Shown: positions 1-10,737, numbered from the stretch's first letter. The stretch is 17,638 bases of DNA from Octopus sinensis (GCF_006345805.1 NW_021824791.1:1-17638), one strand, 5' to 3'. A program made the numbers and translations. Notes: generated by a model from the sequence alone, not told the origin.

Positions 1-390
1 AATAAGATGTAGAGAAATAAAGAAAAAAACAATTCAAAGAAAGAGAGAGGAGAGAAAGAATAAAAGAGAGAATTAGAAGAAAAGAAAGACAGGAAAGGAG
101 AGAAAGAAAAAGAAAAGAAAGAAGGGAAAAGGAGAGAAAGAATGAGAAAACAAAGAAAGCTGGTAATAAAGAAGGAAAGAAATAGAAGATAGAAAGACAG
201 AGAAACGAAATAAGGGAGGAAGACAGACAGAAAGACAAAAGAAAGCAAGGATTAATGAATGAAAGAAAAACATAAGAAAGAAAGAAACAAAGAAGGAAAA
301 GGAAGAAAGAAAGCAAGCAAGAAAGAAAGAAAGAAAGAAAGAAAGAGAGAAAGAAAGAGAGAAAGAAAGAGAGAAAGAAAGGGAGAAAGA
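1..390. repeat. Purine-rich low-complexity (GAAA/GAGA)n tract
   Basis: Almost only A/G, with perfect GAAA runs near 320-345; explains the F/L/S-rich ORF 73..273. Confidence 0.95.
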
Positions 391-460
391 TATGAGGACT
401 AATGTTTGAGTCAGTAGATCACCGAAGAGAATATTTTGTGGGGTTCAAAAGTAGTTACAG

Positions 461-543
461 ACATGGCTGTTCAGTTAAGACGTCCGCTTCCGAAACCTCA
501 AGTTTGGAGTTTCGTTCCTCCTGAGCGGTTTCTTGCCCATGTG
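461..543 (+). mobile_element. Highly decayed 5' head of the CORE-like SINE family (family 1)
   Basis: catggctgttcagttaagacgtccgcttccgaaacc...gagtttcgttcctcctgagcgg loosely aligns with the head at 6721 (cgtggctgcatggtaagaagaatgcttcccaacc...gggttcagtcctactgtgtgg). Confidence 0.45.
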
Positions 544-627
544 GCTCGCTTTTGTCATAGGTTTCGATTTTAATTAAGCATTAATTGTTGTTGTTGCTAT
601 TATTGTTGTTATTATTATTATTATGAT

Positions 628-1010
628 AGGCCCAGGAGTGGCTGTGTGGTAAGTAGCTTGCTTACCAACCACAGGGTTCTGGGTTCAGTTCCACTGTGTG
701 GCACTTTAGGCAAGTATCTTTTACTATAGTCTCGGGCCGACGAAAGCCTTGTGAATGGATTTCGTAAACGGAGACTGAAAGAAGCCCGCCGTATATATGT
801 ATATGTATATATGTCTCTGAGTGTTTTTTCTGTGTTTATCCCCACCACCACCACCAACATCGCTTGACAACCGGTGCTTGTGAGTTTACGTCCCCATAAC
901 TTAGCGGTTCGGCAAAAGAAACCGGTAGAATAAGTACTAGGCTTACAAAGAATAAGTCCTAGGATCGATTTGCTCGACTAAAGGCGGTGCTCCAGCATGG
1001 CCACAGTCAT
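628..1010 (+). mobile_element. tRNA-derived CORE-like SINE (family 1; resembles octopus OR-type SINEs), near full length, 3' simple-repeat tail missing
   Basis: A-box TGGCTGTGTGG at 639-649, B-box-like GGTTCAGTTCC at 682-692, CORE-like ggcactttaggcaagtatctt, internal TA/TG microsatellite; collinear with copies at 6721 and 12489. Confidence 0.9.
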
Positions 1011-1195
1011 TTGACTGCAGTCATGCTGGAGCACCGACTTTAGTCGAGCAAATCGACCCCAGGACTTATTTTTTGGAAGCCTAGTACTTATTCTATCGGT
1101 CTCTTTTGCCGAACCGCTAGGTTACAGGGACGTAAACACACCAGCATCGGTTGTCAAGCAAGGTTGGGGAACAAACACAGACATATACACACACT

Positions 1196-1237
<42 letters not shown>

Positions 1238-1347
1238 TGTATACGATGGGCTTCTTTCAACTTTCCGAATATCAAATCCATTCACAAGGCTTTGGTCGGC
1301 CCGAGGCTACAGTAGAAGACACTTACCACACAGCCACTCCATCGCCT
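1004..1347 (-). mobile_element. Family 1 SINE, inverted, with an internal deletion removing the B-box
   Basis: Reverse complement matches 628-1010; head reads ...gtgtggtAAGTgtcttctac..., lacking the segment equivalent to 655-715. Confidence 0.9.
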
Positions 1348-1375
1348 AATTGTTTAAATGATTAACTAGTTGACT

Positions 1376-1575
1376 AATGATCCTCTCTACCATAGGGCCA
1401 AGGCCTGATATTTTGTGGAGGTGAGTATAGTCAATTATATTGACCCCATTGTGTAACCGGTACTCATTTTGTCAACCTCGAAAGGGTGAAAAGCGAAGTC
1501 GACTTTGGATGAATGTGAACTCAGAACGTAAAGACAGACGAAATGCCACTAAGAATTTTGTTCAGAGGCCTAATA
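1376..1575 (-). mobile_element. Decayed Nin/Deu-domain-like tRNA SINE (family 2), tail type A
   Basis: Aligns to 13391-13583 (aaggcctgatattttgtgg...gaaagggtgaaaagcgaagtcgac...gaactcagaacgtaaagacagacgaaatg). Confidence 0.8.
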
Positions 1576-1888
1576 ACAAAAAGATGTGAAAAAGAACCAG
1601 TGCGTGTGTTTATTGACATACTGACCCTCCTGAGATATACTGGTCCTTGTGTGAAGTTAGTGAGTGTATTCTGTGAATAGAATTCAGGCCACATTTCCTA
1701 CTTGAAACTCGCTAACTCTTTTACCACCTAACACTTTTGAAGGCTCTTCAAAACATCATTGGCACGACCACGTTTTGTGTTCTAGAATTCATGAAGTTCG
1801 GTGGCTGAGATCGCAACATCTGCTCGCACAGTCCATCGCAGGTCCAGCTTCCCAGCTGTTGTTAGAAGACATCTGCAGATGGCTGTAT

Positions 1889-2003
1889 TGAAGCAACGGA
1901 GAACGAAATATTTTCCTTCAGAAAACCAAACAACGCTGAGTCCGGGAATTGAAACCACGAACTTATGATCCCGAATACAATACCCTAACCACTAAGCCAC
2001 ACA
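1889..2003 (-). mobile_element. Decayed tRNA-derived SINE head of a third type
   Basis: Minus strand reads gTGGCTTAGTGGttagggta...gtGGTTTCAATTCCcgg: Pol III A-box and B-box at tRNA-like spacing. Confidence 0.6.
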
Positions 2004-2015
2004 TCCGCACATCCT

Positions 2016-2086
2016 GTTCTTTTTATCATTTATCTTTTGATTGTTTCACTCATTGCTCTGCAGCCATGATGGGGCACCACTTAAGG
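2016..2086 (-). mobile_element. Decayed 3' tail fragment related to family 1 SINE
   Basis: tgtttcactcattgctctgcagccatgatggggcaccac resembles tgtttcagtcatttgactgcggccatgctgaagcaccgc at 4009-4047. Confidence 0.6.
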
Positions 2087-2199
2087 CTTAGCGAAAACCA
2101 AGGCTTATCTTTACAAGTGCTACGTATGTCGATTAACGACGACGTAAATAAAATAACACCGGTTATAAGGTGATACGGGAAGAAACAAAAAATTTCACA

Positions 2200-2363
2200 A
2201 GCATACAAATATGTAAATCTATATACACCTAGACATATATAAGCATACGCACATACACAAACATATATATGATACATACACACGCACATACATATTTACA
2301 TATATATAATATATATTAATGTGTGTGTGTACAAATTTAGATATATATATATAATATACATAC

Positions 2364-2403
<40 letters not shown>

Positions 2404-2422
2404 CATATATATATATATATTA

Positions 2423-2473
<51 letters not shown>

Positions 2474-2523
2474 TATATATATATATATATTTATATATAC
2501 ATACCTAGTGATGCATACATATA
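2200..2523. repeat. (TA)n/(CATA)n microsatellite region
   Basis: Direct inspection. Confidence 0.9.
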
Positions 2524-2719
2524 ACGGTGCTAAAGAGACATCACAGATATTTTGGGAAACAGAAATGTCAGCGTGTAATAATTACGAAGTCAAAAACCAG
2601 GGCCACGTCGCGATGTAACCAAAGACAGGGACCACACACACACACACACATACACGTACGTTCACAGACAAACGCACACTCACAAACACACAAAGAAACA
2701 ACAAAAAGTAATCACAACA

Positions 2720-2720
<1 letters not shown>

Positions 2721-2776
<56 letters not shown>

Positions 2777-2827
2777 AAGAAGAAGAAGAAGAAGAAGAAA
2801 TAGCAACACCAACAACAATGTAACATC

Positions 2828-2863
<36 letters not shown>

Positions 2864-2870
2864 GATAATA
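2721..2870. repeat. Compound trinucleotide microsatellite (AGT)n-(GAA)n-(AAC)n-(AAT)n
   Basis: Perfect AGT run 2721-2776, GAA run to ~2798, AAT run ~2828-2861. Confidence 0.95.
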
Positions 2871-2957
2871 AATTAAAACAATGGAACTAATTTCCCTGCC
2901 AAAAGGTCAGAGATAACAACACAATGATGGCATTAATGGAATGGTATTTTGCATTAA

Positions 2958-3430
<473 letters not shown>

Positions 3431-3985
3431 CATTTGATTGCATTTGTGTGTCTGTGTGCATGTAAGAGTATGTAAGCGCGTGCGCGTGTGTATCTAATTT
3501 TAAGATTATATCACGTAAAAAGAATCTTCTGGCAACACAAACGCACACACACATATACATTTACATATATATATTCTTCTATGTATAAATATATACGTGT
3601 GTGTATGTATGCGTATATATATATATATATATACATATGTACGAAATCCCACTTATGCACATTCATATTAGTGCCTGTGCACCTGTTTTGTTTCGTATGT
3701 GAACGTGTGTATATAGCTATGTATACGTACTCGGAATACATTGAGTTACAAAAGAGTAATTTAAAGGACACGACCTCAAAACAATGACTGACGAACCGAA
3801 CCGTGCGAAAGTTTTAACTTTAAAGAGTATTATGACATATACAAAACACATATGCATAAATACGCAACATAATATATATATATATATATATATATATACT
3901 ATATATCTGTGTGTATATGCATGTGTAGATGTATATGTATACAATTGGCCTATGCATACATGCTCACACACAAATATATGTATAT

Positions 3986-4190
3986 ATTTACTCTTTTACT
4001 CTTTTTCTTGTTTCAGTCATTTGACTGCGGCCATGCTGAAGCACCGCCTTTAGTCGAGCAAATCGACCCCAGGACTTATTCTTTGTAAGCCTAATACTTA
4101 TTCTATCGGTCTCGTTTGCCGAACTGCTAAGTTACGGGGACGTAAACACACCAGCATTAGTTATCACTCGATGTTGGGGGAACAAACACA
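3986..4190 (-). mobile_element. Family 1 SINE, 3' half only, ending in its internal (CA)n microsatellite
   Basis: Tail tttactcttttactc, then cagtcatttgactgcggccatgctgaagcaccgcc...gttgggggaacaaacac; closely matches 1004-1180. Confidence 0.9.
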
Positions 4191-4243
4191 CACACACACA
4201 AACACGCACGCACGCACGCACACACACACACCACACACACACA

Positions 4244-4320
<77 letters not shown>
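4186..4320. repeat. (CA)n-(TA)n microsatellite
   Basis: Direct inspection. Confidence 0.95.
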
Positions 4321-4321
<1 letters not shown>

Positions 4322-4590
4322 TACCACTTTAACCCTCCGCATCTACCAAATTTTCTTTTATTTGCTCTGCGGGAATGGCCATTTTAAAGCAGTCGAGTCT
4401 TGTCCCAAAGTTTGAAACGCCGAATAGATAAAACAGGTGACAGCTGATGAAGGGATTGCTCTTTATGTTGCCTCTCTTATTTCTCTATTAAAACGTTCTT
4501 TTTCCATGCTTTTGCTTTTTATGTTCTCGTTTTTCATTTTTTCATGTTTTTGTTTTTTTTAACGTCCTGTACCCATATATGCATGTATAT
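4321..4590 (+). mobile_element. Short non-coding element with CTGATGA hammerhead half-core (Penelope pLTR-like); left member of a diverged inverted pair
   Basis: gaaacgccgaatagataaaacaggtgacagCTGATGAaggg (core 4444-4450) and the terminal tcctgtacccatatatgcat recur inverted in 4860-5121. Confidence 0.6.
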
Positions 4591-4637
4591 ATACATATGT
4601 AAGTAGGCATGCACATGTATGTATGTATATATGCATA

Positions 4638-4668
<31 letters not shown>

Positions 4669-4859
4669 ATATACATACATATATATATATACATTATTTA
4701 TATTATTATATGGTCGAACGCCACGCTTCCATTTCCAAGTAAGTTTTATCTATCTATATGATGTAATTATGTATGTATGTATGTATGTATGTATGTATGT
4801 ATGTATGTATGTATCTATCTATCTATCTATATATATATATTATAATATATATATATAAC

Positions 4860-5121
4860 ATATGTATGCATATATGGGTACAGGATGTCACCAACTGTAC
4901 AAACAACATGAAATACGTAAACAGACGAGTTAAATGCATAAACAACGTGAAAAAAATGGAAAACAGGACAAGAAAACACAGAGAAAGGACCCTTCATCAG
5001 TTGTCGGCTGTCTATCTACTCCTCATTTCGAGCATTCAACGACTATATGAGTCTTCAAAGACAGTTGCTCCCATAAATTCTAAAATAAAATTTAGGATTT
5101 ATAGAGGGGTCAAAGTCGGGA
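4860..5121 (-). mobile_element. Related element, right member of the inverted pair
   Basis: Minus strand gaaatgaggagtagatagacagccgacaaCTGATGAaggg (core 5000-4994) ... tcctgtacccatatatgcat. Confidence 0.6.
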
Positions 5122-5353
5122 ACAATACATGACAGTAGAGACATATAAGGAAACCGAACGAAACCAGACATGGAGAGTCGTTAGACCAGAAAATAGTGAA
5201 CGCTGGGATATATAATCAGCAGAGAGAAAAGCATGAAGGCCAATGTATATTGATACACAGCGAGAACTAAAAGTCTTGTACAAAACACAAACATTCATAT
5301 TCATATACTGAAACAGCCAGCAATTCAAAACCTAAATTAAAAGCATACAAATT

Positions 5354-6231
5354 CGCATGGAGTCCAACAAATATATGGACTGTTGCCATAGTAACGAAGC
5401 TAAAGTACGCAGAGCGAAGCCGCTCGGCAAAGATTGACCTTCATATTTGCTGTGTATGTGCAATAAGTTTTAACGTTCTAGCTCATTTTCCCTGTTTACA
5501 GTAGTGCTTCAAAGGAAGGTGTGTAGCGTATGACCGTTGCATTGACCATGGCAGAGAAAGTTGTGATGGCGATACCTGCTCAGTTGCGAAAAGTGTATGG
5601 AAAGGTGTGTATGATCTGTATACGAGTGTACGAGTGATTCAGACGTTTCCAAGATGGCCGAAAAATGTCGATATTGACGAATATTCTGGATGACCAGCAA
5701 CTAGCAGTACTGAGAAAAACCACCGCAGATGTGCATGCAGCTGTGAGGAGAAATCATCGAATCACCATCCGTGAATTATCAGAGGATGTGCAGATTAGTT
5801 ACGGTTCAGTTCAGTCCGTTATCACTGAAGATTTGGGTATGAGACGCGTGTCTGCCAAGTTTGTACAAAAACTGCTTTCAGCTGACCAGAAAGACACTCG
5901 GGTTTCAGCTGCACAAAATTTTGATTGTTTCGAGAACGATGAAATCTTTTTGAAAACTTTGCGTAGGACTCTGAGCAGGATTTAGCAAGCGTTTGGCAAA
6001 ATTTGATGCAGATTTTCTGCTCATCTTTCTGTCATGTTCAATGCAACGACCACGCGCTACACACCTTCCTTCCAAGCACTGCTGTAAACGGCGGAAATTA
6101 GCTAGAAGGCTAAAACGTAGTGCACATGCACAGCAGAGTTCCAGGTCAATCTGTGCCGGGCGGCTTCACTCTGCGTGCTTCAGCTTTGTTACTACAGCAA
6201 CAGTCGTAATACTTATTGATCAGACCACGCA
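5354..6231 (+). mobile_element. Non-autonomous mariner derivative with very long (~200-270 bp) inverted ends
   Basis: 5378-5560 is the diverged reverse complement of ~6020-6205; right terminus ...acttattgatcagaccacg is mariner-TIR-like; internal transposase fragment. Confidence 0.85.
5548..5962 (+). pseudogene. Mariner transposase N-terminal (HTH DNA-binding) relic
   Basis: Translation across stops and a frameshift: KVYG..M..RVYE*FRRFQDGRKNVDIDEYSG*PATS / NHRITIRELSEDVQISYGSVQSVITEDLGMRRVSAKFVQKLLSADQK (WVPHEL-like linker); ends before the first catalytic D. Confidence 0.9.
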
Positions 6232-6720
6232 TACGTATTTTCCGGAGCGCGTTACACGCAAGCGGTGAGACAGTCTTGAAGGAAAGATCAAACTTTGGAA
6301 GCCACTCTGAAGGCTAGTGATTTTACTGTAACTACCATTATGATATCTGTGCCGAAATATCAGGTTCCATGTCAAATAATTAAGTTATTTTGCAAAGAGC
6401 GAGTAGAATAAATTATTTGATACATGTTTCGCACCGTATGGCTTCGTTATATATTTATCAAATTACCTTATAATTATTAAATAGCACATTCTAGGTGCTT
6501 CTAAGTCAATGGGGAAATTTCTTTTTATTAATGTATGTTTTTGTGTCTCTGAGTGTATATACACACACACACAGGCACACGTACACATCCAAATATATAT
6601 ATATGCATATATTTTAATGTCTCTATGTGTATATACACGCACGCAAACACACACTTATATACACACATACATATACATTCATACGTATATATATATATAT
6701 ATATATTATATACATATGTC

Positions 6721-7117
6721 AGCGTGGCTGCATGGTAAGAAGAATGCTTCCCAACCACATGGCTCCGGGTTCAGTCCTACTGTGTGGCACCTTAGCCAAG
6801 TGTCTCCTACTACAGCCTCGGGTCAAACAGAGACTTGTGAGTGGATTTGGTAGATGGAAAACTGAAAGAAGCTCATCGCATGTATGTATATATCTGTGTG
6901 TGTGTGTGTGTGTGTGTGTGTTTGTCCCAGCCATCATCATTTGAAAACCGATGGTGATGTGTTTATGTTCCGTAACTTAGCAGTTCGGTAAAAACGACTG
7001 ATAGAATAAGTACTAGACTTACAATGTATAAGTCCTGAGCTCGATTTGTGAGACTAAAGGCGGTGCTCTAGCATGGTCGCAGTCAAATGACTGAACCAAA
7101 TAAAAAAAAACAAAAGA

Positions 7118-7119
<2 letters not shown>
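6721..7119 (+). mobile_element. Family 1 CORE-like SINE, near full length
   Basis: Collinear with 628-1010; gggttcagtcc B-box, internal (TG)n, 3' gcagtcaaatgactgaa and A-rich tail. Confidence 0.9.
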
Positions 7120-7151
<32 letters not shown>

Positions 7152-7170
7152 GCACACACACATATATATA

Positions 7171-7203
<33 letters not shown>

Positions 7204-7312
7204 GTAGGTCCCGGGTTGATTCGGGGTTAACCACAGTAAATAAACAGTTCTAGTCCGTAGAAGCTCCTTCTATATAATAAATTAATTTTACTCTGCTATA
7301 TATATATATATA

Positions 7313-7344
<32 letters not shown>

Positions 7345-7520
7345 GTACATACCCATATATATGTATATATATACACATACACATATACACGCATATATGT
7401 ATATTTATATATATTCATTTATACATACACATATATTATTATATATATATATATATACATATATACACATACATACACATATACACGCTTACATATATAT
7501 ATATGTGTGTGTGTGTGTGT
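7120..7520. repeat. (TA)n/(CA)n microsatellite block interrupted by a ~95-bp island at 7204-7297
   Basis: Direct inspection. Confidence 0.85.
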
Positions 7521-7934
7521 CTGTGTATGTGCTATTTCTTTATCGTATCGCTTTCTATTCGTCGTACCCAAACCCCAAACACACCCTCACAGCCTAGTCG
7601 TTTCCTCACGTGCAAGCGAGGTATCTAATGGACGGAGAAGAAGATGTGGAAATTGTATAAGCCGGGGCTGATACATGAGGGATTGACACGTGTCGGTTTA
7701 ATTAAAGGAAGTTTCATAAACGAAGCACAGAGAATGAGTAACACTGGAAGAGCATGGAGGAAAATACCTAATGAAATATATACATGCACACATGCATACA
7801 TACATGCATACATATATCTGTGTATGTGTGTACTGAGAGAGAGAGGAAAGAGAAAGGGAAAGAGAGAGTTCAGACAAACTGTATGGCAGGTAGATGTAGA
7901 GATAGCTAATTTAACATGATATTTGTATGCCTTT

Positions 7935-8269
7935 ATACACACACACACGCACACACGCACACATACACACACACGCACACACACACACTCAGAAACACAC
8001 ACACACTGAAACATCCACATGCACATACATGTATGTATGCCTATATATTTATACATGTGTGGATGTATATAAATACATACATATATATACACATATAAAT
8101 GTATGTATATACATATATATATATGTATATATATATTTATATGTATGTATGTATGTGAGTATGCCTATGCATATATATATATATATACACATATACACAT
8201 ACACATATACATACACGTAGAGACAGAGAGATAAGCAAACAGACCGATAGGTTGGTAGATAGATAGATA

Positions 8270-8301
<32 letters not shown>

Positions 8302-8470
8302 GTAGATAGCGAGAGAGAGATAGAGAGATATAGATAGATACATACATACATACTTACAAACATACATACGTACATACGTACATGCATGTGCATACATACA
8401 TACATACATACATACATACATACATACATACATACATACATACATACATACATACATACATACACACATA
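7935..8470. repeat. (CA)n, (TA)n, (GATA)n and (CATA)n microsatellite block
   Basis: Direct inspection. Confidence 0.9.
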
Positions 8471-8809
8471 CCATAGTTAAAGTACAGGGGACGTATGCAT
8501 TATATTTACAATATTTCAATATGAAACTTGTGCCCTGCAGCAAGCAATGAGATTTCATTAAGTGTGCAGCATATTTTTCAATCGTGGTTGATGCCAATTC
8601 CATTCCCAAATACAATTATTACATTTCTGAAAGACAGGATTATTTCTATCGCGAATGCATTAGTGTTTTGCACCTAAGAAATCACTCCATGAATGGGAAT
8701 ATTGTGCACTATAGTCTTCAATGTACGTCTCTACACTTTCCTCCTTCACTCACATTATTTCTTTATATCTATCTATCTATCTCCCGACTTACCAACCAAT
8801 CTATTGATC

Positions 8810-8834
8810 AATCTCTCTCCCTCTCTCTCTCTCA

Positions 8835-8884
<50 letters not shown>

Positions 8885-8983
8885 TTACATATATACATAT
8901 TCGCATATAAGTATATATGTATTTGGTAATATATTTACAATATATTATATATATATGTATATATATATAATATATATATATAG

Positions 8984-9020
<37 letters not shown>

Positions 9021-9050
9021 GTATAATATATTATATATATATATATATAT
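8810..9050. repeat. (CT)n-(TA)n microsatellite
   Basis: Direct inspection. Confidence 0.9.
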
Positions 9051-9243
9051 AATTCAAAGGAATTCAACTCTGTTTTTCAATGTTTTTTTATATTCTTTAT
9101 ATATTAATGTAGAATATAAAATATATAGTATGAATAGTATATATAGTAAAATGAAATGAAGTATTGATTGACTTATTGAATAGATGAAAAATTGAATATC
9201 AAATATTAAGGGACTATTATACTTTATATATATATATATATAT

Positions 9244-9430
9244 AACGGGAAAGTTTACGAAAATAGACAAAAGACGAAGGCAGGTGGAGTACAAACAAAC
9301 AAATGTATTAGTATAGCGCTCAGGAATAGAAATAGAAAAAGTCTTTTACGTTTCGAGCCTACGCTCTTCGACAGAAAGATACACAGAAAAAACAAGGAGA
9401 GAAAAAAATGCGTGTAGGACCTAACTTTCT
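9244..9430 (-). mobile_element. ~190-bp (TA)n-embedded dispersed element with a minimal hammerhead-like motif, copy 1
   Basis: Close second copy at 16030-16240; minus strand 9379-9342 reads TCTTT-CTGTCGA-A-GAGC-gtag-GCTC-GAAACGT-A-AAAGA. Confidence 0.75.
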
Positions 9431-9612
9431 ATTATATATATATATTCAATTTACGATGAAAGTAAACAAAGTTGGTTTTAGAAGCGTTGAGATGTATTGA
9501 AAGATACAGAAATATTTTAATCTCAAACGCATGATAATGCTAATACAATAGCCTGAACAGTATAAACTGTCCACATACTGGCTGGCCGGTAACGATTTTT
9601 TCTGTAATATAT

Positions 9613-9836
9613 TTTCTTTACTACTCACAAGGGGCTAAATATAGGGGGAACAAACAAGGACAGACAAAGTCGATTACATCGACCCAGTGCGTAACTGGTA
9701 CTTTATTTATCGACCCCGAAAGGATGAAAGGCAAAGTCTACCTCGGCGGAATTTGAACTCAGAACGTAGCGACAGACGAAATACCGCTAAGCATTTCGCC
9801 CTGCACGCTAACGTTTCTGCCAGCTCGCCGCCTTAT
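9613..9836 (-). mobile_element. Family 2 SINE, full length, tail type B, with a 17-bp target-site duplication
   Basis: Minus strand ggcggcgagcTGGCAGAAACGttagc...GAGTTCAAATTCC...gcctttcatcctttcggggtcgataaa; TTTTTTCTGTAATATAT at both 9596-9612 and 9837-9853. Confidence 0.92.
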
Positions 9837-10360
9837 TTTTTTCTGTAATATATGGATAGTTTATCCTGTTTATGCTACCGTATTAGTATTATCATACAGA
9901 TATATTTGCATATATGTATATATGCATGTATATATATATGTCTATGTGTGTGTGTGTATTATAAAAATCCTTGATTAGAGAACAAACATCAAATTCGGGC
10001 AAACGACTTCATATAACACCCGGTCGTCAACATGTAAAAGAAATACATATATATAAACAGCGATGGTAAAAAAAATATATAAGCACATTTAAAAAATACA
10101 AAAATATATCTGGAAAAATATATATAAAATCGAATAAAATAGGTGTTTAAAATGAATTATTAAAACATATCAATCGGCTGAAATTATTTTACCCGTCGAT
10201 TAAAAATATATCAAAATAGTCAGGTCTTAACAATGAAGCAATCCGTAGTAAGTCCGGTACCCAAGGAGCGTAAGAGAGTTCCAAAAACGTATAGGTCAAA
10301 ATCCACATCTATAGCCATTTTGGAAGTTCATTGCCGTGGTTCGATTACAATTTAAAACGC

Positions 10361-10683
10361 ATCTTGACAATGGCCCCCTCATCAGGATGAACAGAACTCT
10401 CTAGGAATTTCACAGTCAAGTAGTTCACAAGAATTACAATACGGACACAATTCTTACTTATAACATATAACTTTTAGCAGATTCAGTCCGAAATTCCTAA
10501 CTAACTAAATAAATAAATAAGTAAAATAAAATAGATTAGGAATTCGGGAGTTCGTTGGAGGGGTTTTGTTTTTAGTTAGGAATAAATAAGTATTGCGCCT
10601 GTATTGTAATTCTCGTGAACTACTTGATTCTGAAATTCCTAGAGAGTGGTATTCATCCTGATGAGGGGGGTCATTGCCGAGAT
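10361..10683. repeat. Inverted repeat (arms ~10361-10500 and ~10536-10683) with CTGATGA in each arm
   Basis: RC of 10361-10460 matches 10584-10683 closely (gtattgtaattct.gtgaactacttga.t.tgaaattcctagagagt...ttcatcCTGATGAggggg). Confidence 0.88.
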
Positions 10684-10737
10684 AATAAAGAAACAATATA
10701 TATATAAAGCAAAAACATACAAATCTGCTCACAAACT

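Noticed and set aside
628-700. tRNA genes at SINE heads
   Set aside because: A and B boxes are present but there is no convincing cloverleaf, and they continue into SINE bodies.
1590-1880. Complex sequence as a possible exon
   Set aside because: The frames I translated contain stops and no recognisable motif; left unassigned.
8470-8760. Unique-looking island overlapping ORF 8584..8910
   Set aside because: No recognisable domain or RNA structure, and the ORF runs on into microsatellite.
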